Source: Bigelowiella natans CCMP2755
Lineage: Eukaryota > Protista > Cercozoa
Assembly (NCBI GenBank): GCA_000320545.1
Contig: ADNK01000422.1
Span: 1 to 64,000, forward strand
Direction of reading: 5' to 3'
DNA: 64,000 nucleotides
Both the position numbers and the translations under genes were made by a program. This document shows positions 50,964 through 62,906 of the stretch, piece by piece. The notes below the pieces were generated by a model. It did not search any database, was not told the origin of the DNA, and saw only the letters and a list, made by a program, of their open reading frames with translations. The first letter of the stretch is position 1, and every line of letters starts with the position of its first letter.

Positions 50964-51022
50964 AATTTGTGATGATCCTGATTAAAAAGCAATAAAATTG
51001 CGCAACCAGGGACTGATAAATC
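50964..51022 (+). promoter_or_regulatory. Eukaryotic type II SECIS element (GUGA_AA_GA)
   Basis: attt-GTGAT-gatcctgatt-AAAAA-gcaat(aaa)attgc-gc-aaccagggac-TGAT-aaat: GA/GA quartet, 10-bp helix II (8 pairs), unpaired A run, 5-bp apical minihelix; about 95 nt after the stop codon. Confidence 0.85.
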
Positions 51023-51914
51023 TAGCCAGGCCTTCCAATTGAACGCTCTTTACCGGATATTTTGATTAGACGCACCGATCACATGGTAGGACGTGTCAGG
51101 AAATTTTGGAAGTCAGGCGCAACAATCATTGATGAGAAGTAAATCATGTTGCACATGTTCACCCAGATTAATATTTAGATGTTGAAGTCTTAACGAAGTC
51201 AATCAATACACTTATTTAGACACTTTGGAACGGTCATGTTTTGCAGGCGCTAGTGCGTAGGCGTAGTCGCTCATTCTAGCACTGCTTCGAGCACACACCA
51301 ACAGTGATTTCAATTGATTTGCGCCGTGCAAATCCATGCATGCCCGTCTAGCCGTGCAAACTTGCAAAGTTCTGCAAGTAACTTTCGACGTTGCGCACCA
51401 ACCAAGAGCAGGGAAATGAACAAATGTGGGGCATGCTAGCATGGTTGGTGCCCAGCTAGCCAGCTAGCTAGCTAGCTAGCTAGTCTGTCACACATTTCTA
51501 GATTTGCTGTGAAGTCTCATGCAAGCACTTGAGCACACACGCTAGCACGCTAGCTAGCTAGCACGCGCGAACGCTCATCGCATTTGCAAACATCTGCTAG
51601 ATCTGGCCTCACGCACCTGTCCAATCTAGCAATGCCTAGCTAGCTAGATGCGTCCGTCACAATCATCTAGGCATGTGCATTTTCCTGACATCACTAGATC
51701 ATCTAGAGCGTCATGAAGGGAGACTACTAGACTGCTGGCCAAATCTAGAGTGTCAATGCGGGTGACCTCCATCGACATGCTAGCTAGCTAGCATGTCTGA
51801 GACATGGATTGTCATATGTCTGGTTTAGCATGAACACCGTCGCTAGAAATGATGAAGCGGCTACTTCGACTAAAATAGGAACTTTGTGCCTGATCATCTC
51901 TGTATTAACGCCAG

Positions 51915-52999
51915 CTAATCGTTGCTACTCTCAGATTCTGCATCAATCTGAATACCTGCAAATGGATCACCTTCTTCACGCTCCTCCATCATTTTCTCAT
52001 AATCTGCTCGGAATTGTGGTGTATTATCGAGCAGGATCTCTTGGGCATGACGTCTTTCCTCTTTCATTTTGCGTACCGCCTGATTGTATGCCTTGTTCTC
52101 CTCTGCGAATGGATCGCTAGCATGCTTAACCTCTACATTGATATGCTTTTTAAAAGGTACTAGACTGCCTATATCGGAGTTTCCTTTATTTTCTTTCGTT
52201 TTGTTGGTGAGTAGTTCTTGGTAAAACTGCACAGCCTGAGGAGCTGCACGCACCATGTCAGATCTAAAGTTGATAAGTCGGAGTCCTTGAAAACTCCTTG
52301 CCCGTGAAAGGGCCACATATGCCTGGCCGTATGCGAAACAGCCCTGCATGTCGACCTACAGACCAGACAATGATGTGAAAGACGTCGTTCACAAAAAGCC
52401 GCAACATGTATGATTATGATGTCGATGCGATGATGGTGCGAAAGGCAAAATAAACGCACGTGTATAGATTTCCCCCGTTGAACAACTCAATGAGTATCCT
52501 ATACTTTCATGCATGTTTTGGTGTGCATATTATCTCAAAATGATCGAATTCTCTCGTATGCAAATTCTGGAACAGACACTACCAGGCTTACGAAATAATG
52601 CAGTGATAATTTGCAAGGTGAGACAATTACCTCAAGGTGGTTGATTGTCATTCCCTGAGACTTATGGATTGAAATAGCCCAAGCAAGTTTCAGGGGTATT
52701 TGCTCTCGCCAAGCCATAGTCTTTCCGTGTATGTCGAGAGTGAAGTTCTGTGCAAGGATTATTCTCTCCTCGCTTTGTGAGGAACCGTTCTTCATTAGCG
52801 TTGCGAATCGAATTACTGGAAATATCTTCCCAGTTGCTGCTAGTTCAAGGTTCTGCTGTCGGAGCGTCTTTCGCACACCTTCTTCTTCCTCTGAATCTGA
52901 CTGTTGTTGGTATCCGGTGTCAAAAAGTACATAAATTATGTTCAGTGGAAGTGTGTGTGTTTATGTGCGTGTATATATGAATCTGGTTATGTGCACTGA

Positions 53000-53030
<31 letters not shown>

Positions 53031-54537
53031 GTGTGTGTGTGCGTGTGTATGAGAAAAATGCTATTCGGAGCATGTGACTCACACTCGCTGTTGGTTAGTG
53101 ATAGACAATCTCTTTTCTTTGCCGTGCTGATAATCAGAGAACACCAACTACACTCACTCACCGGAAAGAACTTTTCGTATCGAACAACAACTCCGCGGGC
53201 ACCATTAACCAGGCCAGCAGTGACGTCGAGGTTCTTTACAAGCAACACTTGCGCCCCTATTCGCAATTTAATGCTCTCCGCCACAGGGGAGTTCCTCCGT
53301 AAGATTGAGAGAAAAGGCTCCTTTCCTACCTACATAATAAAGTGATGAGAGAGAGTTGCGTCATGATGCCGTCCTTAGGAGTAGTGCACGTACACCATAT
53401 TTTCATACGTCGCGGTAATTACTATTATGCTGCTGCTACTGCTACTACTACTACTATTACTACTTCTATTACTACAAAAGGCTATAAGAACGTTTTGGAT
53501 ATATCGTGTGCGATGAAGATGATGCAAAGACGGCAAAAAAAACATATTTATAGATATCATGGTTGCGTGTACTACTACTACGTACAAAATATAATTAGTA
53601 ATACGTACATCTGTTGCGTTGAAGCATCGTTCAGCACCCTAGTACGTAGGTAGGAACAATGTGATCATGATGATGACGACGATGGTGATGATGATGATGA
53701 TGACAATGATGATGCCACATGGAAAGGTAGTGGCTGCATGTTTGTTGTCTCAGATTAAGAAAAACACAAATATCAGAATGGAAATAGAAGAGTTCCTCAG
53801 GCGGCGTGGAAGAAGGTAGCAGCACTCACTACCTTAAGGGTGTTAAGTCTTTGCATGTTTATCCTATCAACATGCACGTTATGCACGTAAAGGCGTGTCG
53901 GCTCGATGCCATGCAGCAGGTTCAGTGTTCGATTCACAGCACGACTGAACAGCCTTTTGGTCGAATTTGACATTTCACCCATCCGTACCTGTGGTGGTGG
54001 TGTGGATTGAAATAAACAACCTCCTTCTTCACATCTATCCCCACACTACTTATATTCTCTGTTATTATTTTTCTTACTATTATCATCATCTACTCGTGAA
54101 TATATTACTTCATTAAGAGCCTGTGCGAACTCCATATCAGCCTGTCGGTAGACCCTCGTGAGTAAGATCTTCTTCTTCACGCAACGGGCCCAGGACGGTG
54201 AGAGAAACGCGAAGTGCACTCCTCCGTTACCACTCCTATCTCTTGACACCACGGGGGGCAGCTGCAAGAAATCCCCTGTTAGTATCAGCTGAATCCCACC
54301 GAAAGGCCGTTCATTTCCACGGACAGATCGAGCAATGGTTTCGACTTTCTCAAACAAGGTATCTGGAAGCATCGATATCTCATCGATTATCAGAGTCTGG
54401 CAGGTCTCCCAACGCCAGATGCTCCGTGGACTTTTGCGTACCTTATATGATGATTGGTGATGATGATGCTGATGATGAGGTGATGATGATGCGTTTTTCT
54501 TCTTCTTGTCCTCCTTCTTGCTCTCATTATTACTACC

Positions 54538-54573
<36 letters not shown>

Positions 54574-56748
54574 GCTGCTATAACTGCTACTTCTAACACA
54601 ACTAATGGCTAGTACCTGATCAAGGAGTCGGTGAACGGGATCGGCGCCCAACCCTATACCCGCAAATGAGTGCAGCGTTGTACCACCTATGTGGGAAGCT
54701 GCCGTGCCGGTGCTTGCTGTCACTTGCAAGGCCGATGACGACGGTGTTCTCCTTCCTTGTGCATTTTTATGCAGCAATGTGCTATTTTGTCGCAGTAGTC
54801 GGATGATAACTTTTAGAAGAGCCGACTGAGAACGATTGGGACAATAAGTATGTGACATTGCAAATGCTATTAATGATGACGATGATGATCGATGATGATG
54901 ATGGTAATAATATGCTGCAAAGATAGCTTCTTATCGTGACTAATACTGGACCTTTCCTGTTCCTGCATTTCCCGTGTAGAAAATACTCTCGCCAGTCTCG
55001 ACACACCTGACAAACGACGACGACCATTTTAACAAAGATTAGCACGCAAACGGAGGAGGAGGAGGAGGAGGAGGAGGAGGAGGTATTTGATGTTACCTAT
55101 CGAAACTAAAAAGAATCCCCAAAACCTCAAATTTGTTAGCTATGTTTTATGAGCAGAGTCGCGGTAACAACACTCGTTCATCAGTATCTGTTGACCAACC
55201 TTATGACATCGATCTGCTCAGAAGAAAGTTGGAATCCAGCGATTCGAGAGTAGCTGTAAGATAAATAAGTAGGGAGATAGATACACCGGCAGATAGACAA
55301 GAGAAAGAAGAAGAACGAAGGAAGAAGGGAGCGTCAATAAAAGAGAGGACCTATACTTCATGATTGGTGAAATATTCATCTCGTAGACAAATTTCGTCGT
55401 TATCGTCGTCGTCGTCATCGTCGTTCAGCTGTTGATAAATGTGACTAGTGGCCGCTTGCCATACGATGTACGAGAGCATCATCACACCATCGCCTTACCG
55501 GTCAGTGAAAAGCTCCCTCAGATTCCGGAATTGTGGGCGCATTATCATCGTACTGCTGGGGTTGCTATTGAAGCCACCACCACCACCACCACCGGCACCC
55601 TCCTCCATGAGATCATCATTATTATTACCTTTAACAATCTGTTCCATTTCTTCCGTGTCAAACTCCTCATCTACTTCCCCCAAAAAACTCTTTAGCTGCT
55701 TTTTCGAGCCGCTCGTCCTCTTCTTCAGCATCATCAACTGACTTTTCCTTCTACTAGAGAGTAGAGACTTGGAAGAAATACGACCGCTCCCTTTTAAAAG
55801 TCCGTCTCCTCCTCGTGAATAGTCATCGTGACTACTCTTTTTTTTCCGAAGCAAAGAATTGGAGGATGAATGGAATGATAACGAAGAAGATTGCAAGCCA
55901 CCTACGAGAAGAAGATCCATACTTCTTAAGCCTCAAACAATAACAATTATGATATCATAATGTTCCACAATTGCTGCTGGCATATTTTAAAACTACCACT
56001 ACAACAACAACTACTCTACTACTAACTACTACTACTACTATAGTAGTAGTAGTAGTCCACTACCTTTGTCTCTCCTTCTTCCTCCCCCCGGGGATACTCT
56101 GGATGTTGCTTTACAATGCCTGTTCCCGTGCTGGCCATAGCTTTTTATGCCATGGTGTCCATCGACCGACGGCTCCAAAGATGATCCTGGAAACAAGTAA
56201 ATCCACTTCATGACCTTTTTTTTTACTAATGCATTTACACGTTTTAGGCGCATACTGGCGGAATTCTGTTGCAGTTCTCGGAATACCTAAACCAAAGTAG
56301 ACGATTGAGATAATATAACAACGACGAAAATAGCAAAGCCTCTGTCTCAAGAAATCCAAAACATGTCATTCAAAAGAAACCTTCTTCGATCGCACATCTT
56401 CCCTAAATCCGGAGTCCCGCTTACGTCGAAAAGGGTTCTCGAAATCTCCATCCTCAGTGAACCGTATGCCTAATCAAAGATATCTTCTATGAATGAAAGT
56501 ATCATACTTTTGGCATATTTTGATAACCTCCTTTACAGATATTAGATCGTAATATTATTGGTTCATTGTATTTAAGGTCGTGCTCGACCCGTTGCAGGTG
56601 TGCTATCGAGGTCTGTCCCTGAAGGTGCTACTTGACAATAATCGATCTGTGAGGATTTATGACTTTATCGTTATTGAGCAGATGATAGAAGAAGGTTGAA
56701 TATAATACCAGAAAGAAGAGTATCATGAACGTCCCGCCTCTCATTCAT
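51915..56748 (-). CDS. PIF1: PIF1 5'-3' DNA helicase, multi-exon (5' end uncertain)
   Basis: FYTGNAGTGKS, TASTGTAASHIGGTTLHSFAGIG, LIIDEISM, PFGGIQLILTGDFLQLPPV, LVNGARGVV, QIPLKLAWAISIHKSQGMT, GQAYVALSRA. Confidence 0.93.
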
Positions 56749-56988
56749 TAGCTCTAGACCATCGCCAAGAGGCAATGGGGCCAGATAAGATAATGAATGT
56801 GTTGCTCCTCAGTGCTCACCACTCTTCCAGAATACAAATCGAAGCGAAGAGTGAGTTTTATTTTAAAAATACATGTGATTTTTACTCTGCGACAACATTT
56901 ATGAAATGTCTTAAGTTGGAAAAGGAGGTACAACCATCTCTTGAGCAATCAAGTCTTTCTCCGGGCCTCCACAACTCCAAAGGCCATC

Positions 56989-58217
56989 ATGGACTCCGAG
57001 GTGAGGATGTTTCAATATGTGCTACAGGCGTACAATGTTGTAGCCTCGGCATTTCCTCTGCCTTCCAATTTACTTCTCCCTTTCGAACAAGCCATTAACT
57101 TTAACAGGATTAGCATGCATGTTTATCTTGTGCTTTGTACATCCGAGGAGAGGCGAAACAACTCTCTATCTCTTCTAGAGCAGATTTACTTGCGAATATT
57201 TTCATTTTACGATAGCTGGATTGAATATTTAACCAGAAGCAGCTAGATGGGTCTAGCACCGTGAAGCGTGGAACAAAGCGAGAGCTTGAATCCGAGGTTT
57301 CTTCAGTCAGCATCGCCAAGAATAATGATGTTGTCGATGGTACATCGCAGAAAAAGGTAAAATTGACAGGGACTACATGCTCATCCAATGAACAAGTCGC
57401 TACCAGCAGCGTGAGAAGCGCAAATCAACTTGACAGGCCAGTTTCTTGCAGCGAGATTGACATCGGAAGTAAATTGAATTTAGTTGGAAGACGTGTGGAA
57501 GTTCTATGGGGGGAGGAAGATAGGCTATTGAAGACTTCAAAAGAGCATTGGTGGGGTTGTACCGTCATTAGGAAAACTAGCGAATTCCACTCCGGAGAAC
57601 GCTTACGAGAAGAATACGTTCGGATTGTAAAGGACGATAAACAATCTGAAAATAAAAGTAATGCTCAAGCGTCCAATAAGGAAGGTACAAGTGGTAGAGC
57701 GGCAGGGAGGGAGGCAGCTGCAGATCTCAGCGAATTAAAACTAATAAAATTGCCAGTGTATGAAGTGTGCTATGATGTCGATCCCAAGGAAAGATTGAAA
57801 CCAGAAGATCTAAAAAAAGAAGGAGAGCGTTCGCGTGTATGTTTTATGTCGGATCACGGTCTTTTCGATATTAATTACGACTCGCCTATGGTATGGCGAT
57901 ATGAGGACTCTGAATGGTGTATAAATCTACCCGAATCATCTATTCCGAATGTGGAAAAATGTACAGAAGAAATGATTGAGCTGGTTCTAAAATCAGCTTT
58001 AACCAAACATATGCCAATGATGAAGCGACTTCCGAGAGACCAACTCTGTATGATATCGGATATGATCCAAAAAGGCAGGGATAAGCTGAAGGCTGCATTG
58101 GTAACTCGATGGCAGGCAGTGACAGCTGCGGGGAAATCCCTCAGTGCAGAGGACATCAAAGAGGTCTGTGCGGCGGTGAATGTGCCGCGATTTGACTCCA
58201 GCAGCTCATCAACTTGA
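56989..58217 (+). CDS. Hypothetical nuclear protein with a Tudor/SH3-like barrel; exons 56989-57000 and 57237-58217
   Basis: MDSE|gt...ag|KQLDG joins in frame to the 318-aa ORF; NLS-like KRGTKR...KKVK; LVGRRVEVLW...WWGCTV...YEVCYD pattern. Confidence 0.6.
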
Positions 58218-59069
58218 TCGAATGATGTATGTCGCAATGATTTGTTCCTTTAATGCATCATTTTTATTATTGGGAAGTGTAATAACTAGAAAGTCTCCTG
58301 CATTTCCGCGTGCGCGTCGCATGCATATACTGTGTACATCTAGCTAGCTAGCTAGATGTGTGTGTGTGTGTGTGTGTGTGTGCTCCATGTCCAGCATGTA
58401 TGACGATCAGCAGCTATTTGGTGAAACAATGAACAGCTAGACACGCCATGCATCCATGCGCTAGCTTTGGCACATCAATGTGTCGCTATAGCACAGCTAG
58501 ACAGCGCCACTGAACTATAGCGCAATAACGCGTAACGTCATTGCAATATATATGGTGAGACGGCATGCTAGCATGTGAGCATGAAGTGGTTGAATGTTTT
58601 CTGTGGTCATCCTGATGTGTTTGTGCAGCCGCAGCGGCCACTGCGCTCATGCTAGCTATAGCATGCTACATGTCTGTAGTTTGTCTCCGCTGCCACGTGC
58701 TGTTTCATGCAATTGAAAGGTCTAGAGGTACATAGCTAGACAGCTAGACAGATGTCGCACATTTTGCGACTAGACCACATGCGCACAGTGCATGCTAGCT
58801 AGCTAGTGTGAGCTACGCTTGCACATTGCGAACGAACTGTGCTCGGCAATGAGCAGGCGTTGTTCATGCAGGTTTGTCACCAATGATGTGCACATGCGTG
58901 CTAATTTAACTGACCCGTGTAAAAAACATAGCACGCGCACAATGAACGTTTCACCAGCACATTGCTTCCGGTGAGCGTAGCATTCCTGCAACTACATGCA
59001 ATGTAACGGGATTGGGCCTCATTGATTCAAAAAATGAGCGACTGTATTTACAAATGTTTACTTCACACG

Positions 59070-60072
59070 TCAGAGAAATCTAATGACGAGGTCGCATGAC
59101 GATGTTCTATTGACTTTCATGTGTTCATTTCTTGAACTTAAGTTAAAATGCCGTTGTAATTTCGAATCTAAACGAAAACTTGCTGAGACATTGGTCGCTA
59201 TGCTGAAAACATTGTCTTCACAACTGGAGGCGCGAATTCGATCTTCCAAGAGATTGCCAGGTGTCGTCATACTCGTACCTACGAAGGAGTACCACTTAAA
59301 ACGATGACCGATGACATCACTGTGGAAATTCTTGAATACAATCATAATCTCAAGTCCTCTTCGAGTCCTCTTCTTTAAACCATTGGTATCATTAAGATAT
59401 GACCTTGATTTCATCATGGTGTTTGCTTGATAACTGTCACACGCTTGGACTTGTGTCCAGGTCAGGCGAGGCTTAGTACCTGCGACGATGATTTTGTAAT
59501 ACATATTCGCATCAATAAGAAACCGCTCTCTCCTTTCGCCCCCCCCTAGTTTCCCCAATTCACATGTCTTATGCCTTGGCATGTAATGACCATAGTTGCT
59601 CGTAGGAGAAGTTTCACTTAGCTCCTTCAGTGCTTTCCAGTACATCTTGTGGCCATGACGGCCGGTTGGGCTACTAATAGCCAGCACTGTTCGATTAGCA
59701 TACACAGTATTCGCATTGAAATTGAGAACAAATGAGTATGCTTGTTACGAAATTATTACTGGAATTTTTGTAGCCTTTGCTATATCATACTAACAAGTAA
59801 TCGTTACTTTCAATCAATCACTCGAGACATTGTTTTCAAATACTCGTTGTAACGAATGTGTGTAGTGGTAAGTTGCAAATGCCACTACTGGTACTTTTAT
59901 TACTTTTGGCACTTGACATTTCTCCGGATGGTGCTGACTTTATATTTCTCACAGGGGCCGGCCTTATATGCAACTTCGAAGGTTTCTAAAATATTTGGCA
60001 ATTAAAAGCGATGATCCAAACCGAAACCATTTAGTAACATATGGGTTATCCTCTCCACACAACACACACACG

Positions 60073-60114
<42 letters not shown>

Positions 60115-62226
60115 GTATGTGTTGTGCATGTTTACGCGTCAGGTTTGTCTATAGATCATCATTATTGAGTTATTATTTATCATCGCGCATGCCTAAATAT
60201 ATCTTTATGACGAAAGAATGACGATAAACTTCTTCGCACAAAATACCCTTCTCACACGATCCATATAACTCCGTGAAGCATTCTTTGCCTAACGTGCGAG
60301 CAGCAACACAGAATTATCAAAAAACATTTTAGGTCGAATGTGCAATTAGAGATCAGAAAGGGGGAGGAAGGAGAAGAACGAAGAGAGAAAGGAAAAGGGA
60401 AGTGCACCGATGAATATCTTGTCTTTGAAGGTGCTGTAGAAATCTTCCTAAATGTCCCGGACTTGCTCTTCATCAGATTCACATTCAGCTGGAAAGGAAC
60501 CTTAAAAAGAGTTAAAAATTTTTTCTAAATTTGGTAATACTCTCATACTTGGAGCGACATAGAAGTTTCCCTGAACACCAAACAAAATTATGTTGATTCG
60601 ATGGTTCCTGAAGACAGGTTGAATATTCCTAACCATCTCTCCTTTTTACAAAGAAGACACAAGTTCAATTTGTACATATTATTGAGATTTATTGCATGTA
60701 TTTATTTCAACTACCCTGGGCGACGTTGTTCTGTTCATCTCTGGTACTTCAAGAGGTTTTTTCCTGTGGATAATCGTCTTAATACTTCGTTTTGATTCTG
60801 AATCTAGAGCTACGCAAGTACCCAGAGGGGTGACATTATATCACGTTCTCTCAACTACAAACCAAAGATTTTCTATAGGTGAAATATTTACCTCGGGATA
60901 TCATTCTCCCATAAGAATGTAGACTGATGCCTCAAGTTGTTCCAAGAGTCAGTCATACACCTCCTCTCGTCGGGACTCTGTTGTCGCATTATTGTTTCAA
61001 TTTTAGAGTAGTTGAATATAGCGCGCCATTTTTCATTTTAAAGGTTGATCCACAAAGGCGGTGATAAGGAGGGACAAACTGCTACCTTAGGCCTATATTC
61101 GAGATCCTCGGGGGTAGCAAGCTTGGAAATGTGAGTGCGGTCCTTCAAACGTCTATGAAGCTTCTTAGTCGTATCAGTAAACCTTGACAAGACACACAAA
61201 TGTCTAAACAGGTGCACGTACATTCACTCGGAATCTTGTCTACCCACACTATCAAGTACCTCGTATGGAAACGCGCCCTGTTTGGAATCTCTTTCGTGGG
61301 GTAGCGGTGACGAAATACCAATTTGCGATCTTGATAAACCTCATAGCCATTGTTCACATTGAGAACTGAGAAAGAGAATGAGAGATGTATTACCAATGGA
61401 CGTCTTTAGAGTCACAATAACCGCAATCGCTATTTTCTTTCTAAAAATCACGTTTAGTTCCCATATGCAACCCTCTGCTTCTTATTGTCGTACAAAAAAT
61501 TTACTTTTTGATCTCTCGAAATCGATGCTCCTTGCGATGCGCTCGCGCTCAAGTTCATACCTGATTTATGATAGATAATGTTTTTCAGTGATATATTTAT
61601 GCTTCGTGGCTTATCACAACACATCACTATCTCTCCAGCGAATACTTATACAATGACGCTTACGCACACCATGAAGTTTCCAAGAAAATTATTATGTTAT
61701 CTAGTATGTAGCACTTACTTTTTGGACGAAACTCTATCGTGGTCAAGGTGCAAATGCTTCTCGGTATCACGAAACACGTGTGGTTGTTCACGATAAGTTT
61801 GGGGATGGTCTGGAAATTCAATTTTTGTGAGAGAACAAACAACAGCATATTTGTGAGAGCAGCCGGCCAATTGTTCAATTTACAGTTATAAAGAAATGAA
61901 AAACAACATGATGATACCAATTACTATCGATGTAATAAAGAAATGAAAAACAACATGATTATACCAATTACCATCGATGTTGCTTTCGTTCATCCACTTG
62001 TTAACTCTCAATGCATATGATTCCGCCAACTTTTTCCTCAAATGTTTGTCGCGTTTGCCCATCCTGGCAGCGCGCTCTGCTGATTGCATGGCGATCATGT
62101 CCTGCTCGTGCTTGAACAGGTTGTACATTTTGAAGCTGATGAGAGTATGGATCCGCACTTGCTGTGCCCGTTTGGAGTCTACAACTTCCCTTCGTACGTC
62201 CTCCTTTTATCTGCGTACCTTGTGAA
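59070..62226 (-). CDS. Hypothetical multi-exon protein
   Basis: Open exon-like segments at 59070-59705, about 61040-61365 and 61970-62226 with GT-AG borders; no recognisable motif; joining into one gene is inferred. Confidence 0.4.
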
Positions 62227-62542
62227 GTTGATAAGGGGGTTGTTGGTTGTTTTTGGTTGACAAGATTGAGATATGATGAGGTGTTTTTAAACCAAAAATT
62301 GGGAAAATAGGTATGTCGCAAGTCAAAAAACAACTTCTAATTACTTTCTCTAAGTTGAAAATTGGTTTCGAAAGTGAGTACGTGTTCCTTCGCTCCAATC
62401 TCACGATGAAAAACGCATGGAATATGAAACCTTGATCACATAATTTTTATGTCGCATCCTCAAATAGGGGGTAGTTTTTGCAGTTCATCTCGGATACTTC
62501 GCAAGATACAAAAATCGCATGAGGCAAAAAAGTTACACAATG

Positions 62543-62616
62543 AGGTCTCGCCGGGATTCGAACCCGGGACTGCAGGATCAGAACCTGCCGTGCTAACCGA
62601 ACTACACTACAAGACC
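62543..62616 (-). tRNA. tRNA-Gln (anticodon CTG)
   Basis: GGTCTTG TA GTGT-D loop-GCAC G GCAGG TTCTGAT CCTGC AGTC CCGGG TTCGAAT CCCGG CGAGACC T forms a full cloverleaf; T6 Pol III terminator at 62526-62531 on the minus strand. Confidence 0.96.
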
Positions 62617-62906
62617 AATTGTGGACGCAATGTGTTAACAAAGTGAATTTTAATGAAACCCACATCAAGATAAAACATGTTTGGTAATTTGCCTTTTTGC
62701 GAGCCGCCGTTCACGGTATTACTTAATTTTTTGTAGACACTTCGTTTCAACAGACGAACACTCTAATAATGAATGTGATGTGATACGCGTAGATCTGGAT
62801 AAATAAACATCAATAATACTTCGAAGAGCATGTTTGTTAGAGGCAGAAAGAACGAAAGAGCACACTACCTACTGCTGCCACGAATGTAGCCTTGCGTCTC
62901 ACATGA

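Noticed and set aside
51915-56748. PIF1 helicase as part of a Helitron
   Set aside because: Intron-rich cellular-type gene with no Rep/HUH domain or Helitron termini seen.
59130-59270. Faint kinesin-like phrase (LLEDRI...SIATNVSAS)
   Set aside because: No P-loop, SSRSH or DLAGSE motifs found in neighbouring exons.
62543-62616. tRNA as Sec/suppressor tRNA or as primer for the Gypsy element
   Set aside because: Anticodon is CTG with a short variable loop (Gln), and its 3' end does not match the PBS.
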